Positions 20,180-29,220 of a stretch of 64,000 bases of DNA are shown here, piece by piece; within the stretch, counting starts at the first letter, position 1, and every line of letters begins with the position of its first letter. The position numbers were made by a program, and so were the translations under genes. The stretch comes from Candidatus Versatilivorator sp. Its GTDB lineage: Bacteria; Acidobacteriota; Terriglobia; Versatilivoradales; Versatilivoraceae. The notes beneath the pieces are model-generated. The model was given only the letters and a program-made list of their open reading frames with translations, ran no database searches and was not told the DNA's origin. The stretch covers positions 2,528,001 to 2,592,000 of the forward strand of contig OZ242296.1 of assembly GCA_965207735.1 (NCBI GenBank), in the 5' to 3' direction.

Positions 20180-20244
20180 TATATACGTCGCTCCCCGCCA
20201 AGCGGGTGTAAAGAGTGCGTCAGGGTTCTGTAGAGTTTTGTCAA
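20180..20244 (-). promoter_or_regulatory. CpxR-like four-box operator/promoter, site 3 (spy/cpxP - cpxR intergenic)
   Basis: GTAAA-6-GTCAG-6-GTAGA-5-GTCAA at 20208-20244, preceded by CAAGCG and TATATACG. Confidence 0.75.
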
Positions 20245-20339
20245 TCCGTTTCTAGACAGTTGAGCTCTACCGATCCAAAACAGTACCCTTAACTGTTCCG
20301 GGGTACCCCGGACGGCGCCATCCACTCATCGAGGTCACC

Positions 20340-21044
20340 ATGGATCGTTTGCTGGTCGTCGATGACGACACTGAGCTCTGTTCGCTGGTCACCAGGTATC
20401 TGGAAGCGGAGGGGTTTGAGGTGGACTCGGTCAACCACGGACAGGAGGGCATCGAACGAGCTCTCTCGGGCGAGTACTCCCTGGTGGTTCTGGATGTGAT
20501 GTTGCCCGGCCTCAACGGATTCGACGTCTTGCGGCGCATTCGAGCCGAATCGCGTGTCCCGGTGATCATGCTGTCGGCCAGAGCCGAGGACGTAGAGAGA
20601 ATCGTGGGGCTCGAGATCGGAGCCGACGACTACCTGGCCAAGCCCTTTAACCCTCACGAACTGGTTGCGCGGATCCGGGCCGTTTTCCGCCGCTCCCGGC
20701 CCGACAGAAAGCCTGACCCTGAAAACATTCGCCATCCTCTCCTGAAGGTGGGAGACATCGAACTGGACAAGAATGCCTGGAAGGTCATGCAAGACGGTCA
20801 ACCGGTGGTGCTGACCACGCTGGAGTTCAACCTCCTGGAGATGCTGCTCAGGTCGGCCGGACAGGTGCTGCCTCGCGAGGAACTGGTGCAAACCCTGCTG
20901 GGACGCGAGTTCGACCCATTCGACCGCAGCATCGACATGCACGTGAGCAACCTGCGCAAGAAACTGGGCCGTCACGTCAATGGAACGGAACGGATCAAAT
21001 CGGTCCGCGGCGTCGGATACGTTTTTCCCAACCCCGCGACTTGA
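20340..21044 (+). CDS. cpxR: OmpR-family response regulator, CpxR-like
   Basis: VDDD, LDVMLP, GADDYLAKPF, PFDRSIDMHVSNLRKKL, VRGVGY. Confidence 0.85.
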   Translation: MDRLLVVDDDTELCSLVTRYLEAEGFEVDSVNHGQEGIERALSGEYSLVVLDVMLPGLNGFDVLRRIRAESRVPVIMLSARAEDVERIVGLEIGADDYLAKPFNPHELVARIRAVFRRSRPDRKPDPENIRHPLLKVGDIELDKNAWKVMQDGQPVVLTTLEFNLLEMLLRSAGQVLPREELVQTLLGREFDPFDRSIDMHVSNLRKKLGRHVNGTERIKSVRGVGYVFPNPAT

Positions 21045-21069
21045 GAACGGGGAAAAGAGTACCGAAATC

Positions 21070-22521
21070 ATGCGCAGTCTCGTACTGAAAATTTTCATCT
21101 GGTTCTGGGCAGCCATGGCCCTGGTCGGCATGGCCCTCTATTTCTCCACCGCAGCCACCATGTCGGAGCAGGCCGAGATTCAAGAGCGTCAATGGATTGG
21201 GATAACCGTGCCCCTGGTTGCGCAAACGGCGGCTGATATTTTCGAAAGGGACGGCCCCTCGGGGCTGAACCGATACATCAATCGGGTCAATCGGCGGCGG
21301 CGTTTCAACGTCTCCTTCCTCAATGCAGAGGGGGAGGTCCTGGCCGGACCCGATCCCTCGCCCGCTGTCGGCAACCTGGCCTCCCGGGCCGCAAAAAGCA
21401 GCGACCGCCTGGTGGAGATTGTTCAGGGAGAACGCCTGGTGGCTCAGAGCGTGGTTTCGACCGGAGGGCGCCGGTTCGTCCTGGCGGCAGGCATCCGGGC
21501 CCGATTTCCAGGAAACCCACGCGGACGCCCCCGGCGGCCGCCACCAATCCTGAGAGCCCTGGGGATTCTGGACGCTGACATCCAGACCCAGATGCTTCGC
21601 ATCCTGGCCGTATTCTTGACGGCCGGACTGGTCTGCTACGGCCTGGCCTGCTATCTGACCGCTCCCCTGAAGAAACTTCGGGCCGCGACCCGGAAACTGG
21701 CGGACGGGGACCTGGCTGCCCGGGTTGGAAATGCCCCGGGCGGGCGGCAAGACGAACTGACCGAACTCGGCCACGATTTCGACCAGATGGCCGCGCGTAT
21801 CCAGACCACGGTGGGTGCTCAGCGCCGTCTGTTGAGCGACATCTCCCACGAGCTACGCTCCCCCCTGGCGCGGCTCAATGTGGCGCTGGCGCTGATTCGC
21901 CAACGCATCAAGGGTCGGTCCGACAACGAATTGGACCGCATTGAGCTGGAAGCGGGACGCCTCAACAAGCTCATCGGCCACCTGCTCACCCTCAGCCGCA
22001 TCGAAAGCGGCAGCATGGAGGCCGCTCGCGACGACATTGCCTTGGACCAACTGCTGGCGGAGCTGGTGGCCGATGCCGAATACGAAGCCCGTGGCTCGGG
22101 AAAGAGCGTTCGCATCCTCTCCAGCCAGGCCTGCGTCGCCATCGGAAATCGGGAGCTCTTGAGAAGCGCCATCGAGAATGTGGTCCGGAACGCCGTCTAC
22201 TACACCGCGGACAAGACCGCGGTCGAGGTTGAGCTGAAACCGGGCGGGGAGCAGCCGGACACGGCCGTGATCACGGTTCGCGACCATGGAGAAGGAGTGC
22301 GCGAGTCGGAACTCGGCGAGATCTTTCGACCCTTCTACCGGGTGGCCGCGGCCCGGGAAAGACAGAGCGGCGGAACAGGACTGGGGCTGGCCATCACCCG
22401 GAAGGCCATACAGTTGCACAACGGCTCCGTAGCCGCTTCCAACGCCTCCGGAGGAGGGCTGCGCATTGAGATACGACTGCCCGCCCGTCCAGGCACCACA
22501 GATACAGCCGAGCCCCTCTGA
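21070..22521 (+). CDS. cpxA: HAMP sensor histidine kinase, CpxA-like
   Basis: Two TM segments, HAMP domain, LLSDISHELRSPLARL H-box, ENVVRNA, DHGEGV, GTGLGLAI; start ATG 21070. Confidence 0.85.
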   Translation: MRSLVLKIFIWFWAAMALVGMALYFSTAATMSEQAEIQERQWIGITVPLVAQTAADIFERDGPSGLNRYINRVNRRRRFNVSFLNAEGEVLAGPDPSPAVGNLASRAAKSSDRLVEIVQGERLVAQSVVSTGGRRFVLAAGIRARFPGNPRGRPRRPPPILRALGILDADIQTQMLRILAVFLTAGLVCYGLACYLTAPLKKLRAATRKLADGDLAARVGNAPGGRQDELTELGHDFDQMAARIQTTVGAQRRLLSDISHELRSPLARLNVALALIRQRIKGRSDNELDRIELEAGRLNKLIGHLLTLSRIESGSMEAARDDIALDQLLAELVADAEYEARGSGKSVRILSSQACVAIGNRELLRSAIENVVRNAVYYTADKTAVEVELKPGGEQPDTAVITVRDHGEGVRESELGEIFRPFYRVAAARERQSGGTGLGLAITRKAIQLHNGSVAASNASGGGLRIEIRLPARPGTTDTAEPL

Positions 22522-22663
22522 TTGTGGTAGATGTTTCGCCGCGCCGACTCGGCGGCAAGCGTACCTCCTTGACAGATCCGTCTCCGAAAGGATATCTGTG
22601 AGGGCTGGTCGCGTCCCCTGCGACGGGCGGATCAAACCGGTTGATACAAGCGGCGTCAATACA

Positions 22664-23443
22664 ATGGGCGACATTCTCCTGACACGACGGGAAGAGGACA
22701 TCGCAACCGTCATTCTCAACCGTCCGGAAAAGCTGAATGCACTCAGCCGGGAGTTGTGGCTGCGGGTGGGACAGGCGATGCGGGACCTTTCCTCGGACGA
22801 GTCCCTGCGCTGCATTGTCCTGCGTGGGGCCGGGGCGAGGGCCTTCTCGCCGGGGGCCGACATCTCCGAGTTTTCGGCACACCGCTCCAATCGCCAGCAG
22901 GCTCGGGACTACGGAGCCCTGATCCAGGAAGCGATGCAATCCATCAGGGACTGTCAGCACCCGGTCATCGCCATGATCCTGGGAGTCTGCGTTGGCGGCG
23001 GTCTGGAGCTGGCTTCCATGTGCGACCTCAGGATCTGTGGAGAGTCCAGCCGCTTTGGAGTTCCCGTCAATCGAATCGCCATCACCATGGCCTACCCCGA
23101 GATTCGGGCGCTCATCGACCTGGTGGGTCGGGCAACGGCGCTGGAGATTCTCCTGGAGGGCCGGGTTTTCGGAGCTCAGGAAGCCAAGGCCAAGGGCCTG
23201 GTCACCCGCGTCGTTGCGGACAGCGAGGTCGAAAAGGAAACCTACGCCACCGCCCGCCGCATCGCGGACGGAGCCCCCCTGGCCAACCGCCTGCACAAGC
23301 GATTTGCCTACCGCCTATTGGATCCCGAGCCGTTGACCCCGGCCGAAGTGGACCAGGGTTTCGAAATTGTCGGCACCGAGGACCACCGGGAGGGATACCG
23401 GGCCTTCCTCACCAAGACCAAGCCGCGCTTCAAGGCCCGTTGA
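22664..23443 (+). CDS. Enoyl-CoA hydratase/isomerase family protein
   Basis: LNRPEKLNAL, GADISEF, GVCVGGGLELA..CDLR; start ATG 22664. Confidence 0.9.
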   Translation: MGDILLTRREEDIATVILNRPEKLNALSRELWLRVGQAMRDLSSDESLRCIVLRGAGARAFSPGADISEFSAHRSNRQQARDYGALIQEAMQSIRDCQHPVIAMILGVCVGGGLELASMCDLRICGESSRFGVPVNRIAITMAYPEIRALIDLVGRATALEILLEGRVFGAQEAKAKGLVTRVVADSEVEKETYATARRIADGAPLANRLHKRFAYRLLDPEPLTPAEVDQGFEIVGTEDHREGYRAFLTKTKPRFKAR

Positions 23444-23445
23444 CC

Positions 23446-24714
23446 ATGAACCCACAGTCGAACTCCGCTCGTACCGGTCCTCTGCTCGGCATGAAAGTCC
23501 TGGAAGCCAGCCACGTCATGGCCGGTCCCACCTGTGGATTGATGCTGGCCGATATGGGAGCTGACGTTGTCAAGGTGGAGCGCCTCCCCGGAGGCGACGA
23601 CACCCGGCGAGCCGTCCCACCTGAAATCCAGGGAGAATCGGCTGCCTTCATGATGATGAACCGCAACAAGCGTGGCGTTGGACTCAATCTGAAGTCAGAG
23701 AGAGGGCGGGAAGTCTTCCGCCGCCTGGCCGGCAACAGCGACGTCGTTATCGAAAACTTCCGCAAGGGCGCGATGGAGTCCTTGGGTCTGGGCTATGACC
23801 GGCTGAAGTCGGATCATCCCGGACTCATCTACTGCTCCCTTTCGGGTTTCGGACAGACCGGGCCCTATGCCGACCGGGGAGGATTCGATCTGATTGCCCA
23901 GGGAATGAGTGGATTGATGAGCATTACCGGTGAAGGACCCGGCCGGGCTCCGGTAAAGGTGGGGGCGCCCATGACGGATATCACCGCCGGCATCCTGGCG
24001 GCCCTGGGCATCGTCGCGGCCTATGCTCACCGGCAGCGTACCGGAGAGGGACAACTGGTGGACACATCTCTACTGGAGGCAGGAATCGTTCACACCTACT
24101 GGCAGTCTGCAATCTACCTGGCGACGGGTGTCTCCCCGGCGGCAATGGGATCGGCCCATCCCCTGATGGCTCCCTACCAATCCTTTGAAACCCGGGACGG
24201 CTGGGTCAACATCGGCGCCGCAAACCAGGCCAACTGGGAGCGGTTGCTGGAGGTTCTCGGCGCTTCCGAACTGGAACGCGATCCGCGATTCGCCGACAAT
24301 GCCGGACGCATGAATCACCTGGCCGCGCTGGTCGAGCAGTTGACTCCCTACTTTCGTTCCCACACCACCGCGTCATGGCTGGAAAAGTTTCAGACGGCGG
24401 GAATTCCGGCCGGACCGGTGCTCTCCATCGCAGCCATGCATGCCGACCCGCAAGTGCAAGCGCGCCGGATGGTGACCGAGGTTCCGCACAGCCGGTTGGG
24501 TCAGGTAAAGACCTTGGGGGCGCCGGTCAAGTTTTCGGCGACGCCGACTTCGTTGACCCGAGGAGCGCCCCTGCTGGGAGAGCACACCCGGGAGGTGCTG
24601 CGCGAAGTGGGTTACAGCCAAGGGGAGACCGAAGCCCTCGAAGCCGAAGGCGCCATTCTGAGCACAGAGATCCAACATCATGGTCAAACGAAAATTCGGC
24701 TGGACCAACGTTGA
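23446..24714 (+). CDS. CaiB/BaiF (class III) CoA-transferase
   Basis: GPL.G.KVLE, LADMGADVVKVE, NRNKR, GFDLIAQGMSGLM, APLLGEHT; start ATG 23446. Confidence 0.92.
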   Translation: MNPQSNSARTGPLLGMKVLEASHVMAGPTCGLMLADMGADVVKVERLPGGDDTRRAVPPEIQGESAAFMMMNRNKRGVGLNLKSERGREVFRRLAGNSDVVIENFRKGAMESLGLGYDRLKSDHPGLIYCSLSGFGQTGPYADRGGFDLIAQGMSGLMSITGEGPGRAPVKVGAPMTDITAGILAALGIVAAYAHRQRTGEGQLVDTSLLEAGIVHTYWQSAIYLATGVSPAAMGSAHPLMAPYQSFETRDGWVNIGAANQANWERLLEVLGASELERDPRFADNAGRMNHLAALVEQLTPYFRSHTTASWLEKFQTAGIPAGPVLSIAAMHADPQVQARRMVTEVPHSRLGQVKTLGAPVKFSATPTSLTRGAPLLGEHTREVLREVGYSQGETEALEAEGAILSTEIQHHGQTKIRLDQR

Positions 24715-25531
24715 GGTTCCGACTATCGGCCAGGGGACCTGGATGATTGAGGGCAGCCAGGCCCAGGAGCAGCGGGCTGTGGCGGCCCTGCGGCTGGGGC
24801 TCGACCTGGGACTGACTCACATCGATACCGCCGAGATGTATGGCAACGGCCGGGCCGAGGAGTTGACCGCGGAAGCCATCCGGGCCAGAAGGAGCGAAGT
24901 CTTTCTGGTGAGCAAGGTGCTTCCCTACAATGCCTCCTACGACGGGACTTTGAGGGCCTGCGAGCGAAGCCTGAATCGACTTGGAACGGACACTCTGGAT
25001 CTCTACCTGCTGCACTGGAGCGGCCGCCACCCGATCCGGGAAACCATGAGAGCCATGGAAACCCTGGTCCAACGGGGTTGTATCCGATTTATCGGAGTCA
25101 GCAACCTGGACTTGGATGAATTGAAAGAGGCCCAGCGAGCCCTTCGCCATGAACGGCTGGCCTGCAACCAGGTTCTCTACCACCTCGGGGACCGGGGCAT
25201 CGAGTACCGGCTTCTCCCCTACTGCGCCGAGCAACAGATCGCCGTGGTGGCTTACAGTCCCTTCGGCCATTCCGGCTTCCCCTCGCCGGGCGGCAGGGGC
25301 GGAGAGGTTTTGGCCGCCATTGCCCGAAACCACGGGCGAACGGCCCGGCAGGTGGTGCTGAATTTTCTTGTCCGCCGTCCGGGAGTGTTCACCATTCCCA
25401 AAGCAAGCCGGAAGGAACATGTGCTCGAGAACAGTCAATCACTGGAGTGGGAACTCTCCGGCGAGGACCTGAACGCCATCGAGGAAGCCTTTCCCGCGCC
25501 CGACCACGAGGTTCCGCTCGGCATGCTCTGA
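24680..25531 (+). CDS. Aldo/keto reductase
   Basis: IGQGTW, IDTAEMYG, VSKV, DLYLLHW, IGVSN, AYSPFG, IPKA. Confidence 0.93.
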   Translation: MVKRKFGWTNVEVPTIGQGTWMIEGSQAQEQRAVAALRLGLDLGLTHIDTAEMYGNGRAEELTAEAIRARRSEVFLVSKVLPYNASYDGTLRACERSLNRLGTDTLDLYLLHWSGRHPIRETMRAMETLVQRGCIRFIGVSNLDLDELKEAQRALRHERLACNQVLYHLGDRGIEYRLLPYCAEQQIAVVAYSPFGHSGFPSPGGRGGEVLAAIARNHGRTARQVVLNFLVRRPGVFTIPKASRKEHVLENSQSLEWELSGEDLNAIEEAFPAPDHEVPLGML

Positions 25532-25557
25532 CCCCATCGGGTGGCAGTTCGCATTTC

Positions 25558-26331
25558 TCAGCCGAGCACCTCCCTGAAAGCGGACAGTGATTCGGACAGC
25601 ATCCTGCGCTTCAGGTTGACATCCACCCCCACAAAGAAGAGGCGGACCCCCAGCCCTCGATACTGCTGAGCCTGTTGGGGATTCCCTCCGCCCGCCGCCA
25701 GGATTTTTCCACTGCGGCGGCCTGCGGTCAGGACCCGTTCGATCTTGGGAGCCAGAGCCCGTTTGGCCTCCGGGCCGAATAGGTCCAGGCTCACTGACCA
25801 ATCCATTTCTCCCACGGTCAGCATGTCGATCCCTTCAACCTCGAGAATGTCATCCAGGGCCTGGTAGCCTTCATCGCTTTCGATCATCACCATCAGGGAA
25901 GTCCCCCGGTCGGCCTCGCGGAGAGCTCGGCGGGGATCGGTTCCAAGAGTGAAGCCGGTGCCGGCCGAGGAAGTCGACACCCCTCGCTCCCCCAGCGGGG
26001 GAAACTTGCCCAGCCGCACCAGCCGGGCGGCCTGGGCGGCGCTCCTGACATCGGGCAAGGTCAGGATTTCCATACCTCCATCCAGAAGACGCTGTACCTG
26101 CGTCCGCGTCAGCTCGGGAATGCGGGCCATTGGCACCATGCCCAGATGAGTAATCGTGCGGCCGAGCCTGAGCACCTCCGCCGTCGATTGCGGGCCGTGC
26201 TCAAGGTCGAGAAAGACCACCGAGTAGCCCAGCTGGGCCATCAGCTCCAGGTCGATCATGGTGGTATCGCGGCAGATGACCCCGTAGAGAATTTCCTCTG
26301 TTTTCAGCAACTCTTGCAGGCGGCCGCTCAT
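25558..26331 (-). CDS. HpcH/HpaI aldolase family protein
   Basis: LDLEHGP, ARIPE, LDGG, FPPLGERG, VMIES, G..DWSVSL. Confidence 0.88.
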   Translation of the reverse strand: MSGRLQELLKTEEILYGVICRDTTMIDLELMAQLGYSVVFLDLEHGPQSTAEVLRLGRTITHLGMVPMARIPELTRTQVQRLLDGGMEILTLPDVRSAAQAARLVRLGKFPPLGERGVSTSSAGTGFTLGTDPRRALREADRGTSLMVMIESDEGYQALDDILEVEGIDMLTVGEMDWSVSLDLFGPEAKRALAPKIERVLTAGRRSGKILAAGGGNPQQAQQYRGLGVRLFFVGVDVNLKRRMLSESLSAFREVLG

Positions 26332-26559
26332 TGATTCCTTCCTTTCTTTATTTGTTCAAGGAATTTACTCCTGAGACAGGACACTATACACAACAGCCGG
26401 AGGTGATCCTTGCAATCCCACGGGGGGCTGGCGTAAAGTCCAATCCGCCGCGTTACTCACCCAGCTATCCGACCGCGCCGATCGACCGGCCCCGACGACC
26501 GCGGAAACGGGACGGGAGGAGCGGCTCGATCGCCTTGGTCAGCACCGAAAGGAGCCAGA

Positions 26560-27342
26560 ATGTTTCAACTCTCCGTCTGCGAGGGCACTGTCTTCCCGAA
26601 TCTCCCCTTTCTGCAGCGGGTCCGTGAAGTCTCGGCTGCGGGCTTCTCGGTGGAACTCTGGGGCTGGGAAGATGAGGCGCTGGACGCCATCGCGGCCGAT
26701 CCGGAGATTCAAATCGCTTCCATGCCCGGATGGGGGCCGGGCAGCATGGTTCACCCCGACGGGGTGGAGACCTTCTTGGAAGGCGCCAGGAAAAACCTGT
26801 CGGTGGCCCGGAGAATCGGATGCAGGAACCTGGCCGTTGCTTCCGGCGAACTTGACCGAAAGGGCCGGGTGGTGCACCCCATTGCCGAGCATCCCGCCGA
26901 CCTTTGGATCACCGCCTACCGATGCCTCTGCGAGCTGGCGGAAATCGCCGAAAAGGAGAATGTGTCCTATAACTTCGAAGTGCTCAATACCAAGGTCGAC
27001 CACGCCGGCTACCCCTTCCCCCATTTGGAAGACGGGGCTCGACTGATCCGGCAGGTCAACAGCCCGCGGGTTCGGCTTCTCGTCGATGTTTACCATGCTC
27101 AAGTGGAGGAAGGCAACGTCACACAAGCGATTCGAGACCATCGGCAGATCATCGGACACGTGCATGTGGCGGATGTCCCCGGGCGCCACGAGCCGGGCAC
27201 GGGGGAAATTCATTACCCCCGGGTGGCTGCCGCCCTTCGGGAGATCGCCTATAGCGGCACGGTGGGACTGGAAGCCTTTCCGGAGGGCGACAGCCATCTG
27301 GCCTTGGAGCGATTTCGCCGAGTCTTTTCTCAACTTGCCTGA
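26560..27342 (+). CDS. Hydroxypyruvate isomerase-like TIM barrel protein
   Basis: GFSVELW, EVLNTKVDHAGY, DVYHAQVEEGN, HVHVADVPGRHEPGTGEI.Y, VGLE. Confidence 0.88.
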   Translation: MFQLSVCEGTVFPNLPFLQRVREVSAAGFSVELWGWEDEALDAIAADPEIQIASMPGWGPGSMVHPDGVETFLEGARKNLSVARRIGCRNLAVASGELDRKGRVVHPIAEHPADLWITAYRCLCELAEIAEKENVSYNFEVLNTKVDHAGYPFPHLEDGARLIRQVNSPRVRLLVDVYHAQVEEGNVTQAIRDHRQIIGHVHVADVPGRHEPGTGEIHYPRVAAALREIAYSGTVGLEAFPEGDSHLALERFRRVFSQLA

Positions 27343-27503
27343 AACAAACGACAAAAGACAAAGAAAAAGACTTATCCACGAAGGGGCACTAAGGCGCTGA
27401 GGTTGACCGCGACGGGGTGCCAAGGTCGCGAAGGGATGGTCGATTTCAGATTGTTTCACTCTCGTATGATCCGCCCGGCAGGGCGGGGGCAGGGCTTGCC
27501 TGA
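27334..27503 (+). repeat. Single 161-bp unit of the modular repeat, bounded by CTTGCCTGA direct repeats
   Basis: CTTGCCTGA at 27334-27342 and 27495-27503. The interior matches the 12591 unit minus one 20-bp internal repeat. Confidence 0.9.
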
Positions 27504-28195
27504 TAGCCAGAGGGCTCCAGCACCACCAGGCTAGGCCGATCGGTGGAGAAACGGGGGGGCGGCAGCGGGACGGTGTGGTGTCGCACATGGACCAGGGGGT
27601 CTCGCGGGCGCCTTTTCAGAAAGACTTCCACCGGTGTCATACCTCCGTCAATGGGAGGGAGGTAGTAGTGCATGGGGAGAATCCACTTGGGCTGGAGGAT
27701 CTCGATCATCGGATCCAGCTCATCCAGAGTGAGGGTGAGCTTCTCACCGACGATGGCCAACAGGACATCGCAGCGACCGGCAAAGGGAGCCAACTGTCCC
27801 TCGCTGAGCTCATACCCCAGATCTCCCATGTGCAGGATCCACAGGTCTCCGGCCTTGAAGGCATACAAGGCATTGTCATCGGCGCCTTCCGGATGGTCCG
27901 GAGCTTCGGCCGCCTTGACGGTCACAATCGGCTCCCCATTCATCTCAGCCCGACCCCGGCCCTCGGCCAGGTCCAGGGCGTTGATCACCGGAGGATTCCC
28001 TTCGACCATCTGAATGCAGGCATGACCTCGGTCGGTGAGAGAACTGACGATCACCTGGTCAGCCTGCAGGAACGGGACATCCGGACCTCCCAGCCCCACG
28101 GCGGAAGGAGTATAGGGATCCATCACCAGCACCGGTCGATTGTCCCGCCACAGCCTGAAACAGGCCAGTCCTACCCACTCGATCGCCAGCGACAT
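27446..28195 (-). CDS. MBL-fold (Lactamase_B_3-like) protein with repeat-derived C-terminus
   Basis: IEWVG.ACF, MDPY, LHMGDLG, PKWILPMHY. The HxHxDH motif is degenerate (SSLTDRGH). Start ATG 28195. Confidence 0.75.
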   Translation of the reverse strand: MSLAIEWVGLACFRLWRDNRPVLVMDPYTPSAVGLGGPDVPFLQADQVIVSSLTDRGHACIQMVEGNPPVINALDLAEGRGRAEMNGEPIVTVKAAEAPDHPEGADDNALYAFKAGDLWILHMGDLGYELSEGQLAPFAGRCDVLLAIVGEKLTLTLDELDPMIEILQPKWILPMHYYLPPIDGGMTPVEVFLKRRPRDPLVHVRHHTVPLPPPRFSTDRPSLVVLEPSGYQASPAPALPGGSYESETI

Positions 28196-28197
28196 CC

Positions 28198-29205
28198 TCA
28201 GTCCTCTTTCCACAGGCTGCCGGCATCGCTCATCCCGGCCAGTTCCCACCACTTCGGGCCCGGTTCCTTCTCGAACACGATGGGCTTGAGGAAGTCGACC
28301 GATTTCTTCAGCCCCTCCTCGACGTTGAGGTACTCACACTCCATCTCGATCGACAGGACGTGGTCGTAACCCACAAACTGCAGCGCGGTCACAAATTCCT
28401 TCCAGGCAGACTCCCCGTGCCCCCAACCCGGAATGGTGAAGTTCCAGGGGCGCTGCTCGGGGGTCTCTACCGAGGCGGAGTCGTTGAAGCCCCTCAGCCG
28501 GACATTGTGCGCCTGAATATGAGTATCCTTGGCATGCACATGCTGAACCAGGTCTCCCAGATAGCGGACCGCTTCGCAGGGATCGATGCTCTGAAACCAC
28601 ATGTGGGAAATATCGAAGTTGCAGGCCACCACCGGTCCGATTTCCTGGTTGAGCCTCTTGAGGGTCACCGGGTTGTGAATCAGGTCTCCGCCATGCATCT
28701 CAAAGCAGAGGGTCACCCCGTGATCGCCGGCAATCTTTCCATGCTCCCGCCAATAGGGAATCAAGCGTTTCTCCCACTGCCACTCCACCGTGTCCCGCAG
28801 AAAGGGGAGATCGGCAAAAGTAACCCACACCGGCGTTCGGTCTCCTTCCGCACCTTCGGGAAGCCCCGAAAGCAGCGTCATCCGGCGGATCCCCGCCCAC
28901 TCCATGAGCTGGCAGGTCTGCCGGAACTGCCGGGAATACTCTTGAGCAATCGCCTTGTCGGGCATTAGGGGGGCCCCGTGTCCGATCAGGGCGCTGATCT
29001 CGAGTTGGTTGCGTTCAAAGGCCTCAAGCCAACGGGGGATTTCATCCCGATGGGCTACCAGACGTTCCCGATCGCAGAATTTCCGGTTGCTGGCCAAGCC
29101 GCAGGCGCCGACCTCGATGGCGCCCAATCCGAGCTCGCGGGCATAACGCAACCCCTCCTCGAACTCATACTGCATCAGATTCGATGAAATGACCCCAAGC
29201 TTCAT
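28198..29205 (-). CDS. Sugar phosphate isomerase/epimerase (xylose-isomerase-like TIM barrel)
   Basis: FEMHGG, NFDISHMWFQ, HVHAKD, GYD.VLSIE; GGAGG RBS. Confidence 0.9.
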   Translation of the reverse strand: MKLGVISSNLMQYEFEEGLRYARELGLGAIEVGACGLASNRKFCDRERLVAHRDEIPRWLEAFERNQLEISALIGHGAPLMPDKAIAQEYSRQFRQTCQLMEWAGIRRMTLLSGLPEGAEGDRTPVWVTFADLPFLRDTVEWQWEKRLIPYWREHGKIAGDHGVTLCFEMHGGDLIHNPVTLKRLNQEIGPVVACNFDISHMWFQSIDPCEAVRYLGDLVQHVHAKDTHIQAHNVRLRGFNDSASVETPEQRPWNFTIPGWGHGESAWKEFVTALQFVGYDHVLSIEMECEYLNVEEGLKKSVDFLKPIVFEKEPGPKWWELAGMSDAGSLWKED

Positions 29206-29220
29206 AGCGTTTCCTCCACC

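Noticed and set aside
22756-23445. 652-aa N-terminally extended CoA-transferase or hydratase fusion
   Set aside because: The extension overlaps the hydratase gene in another frame; family motifs start only after ATG 23446.
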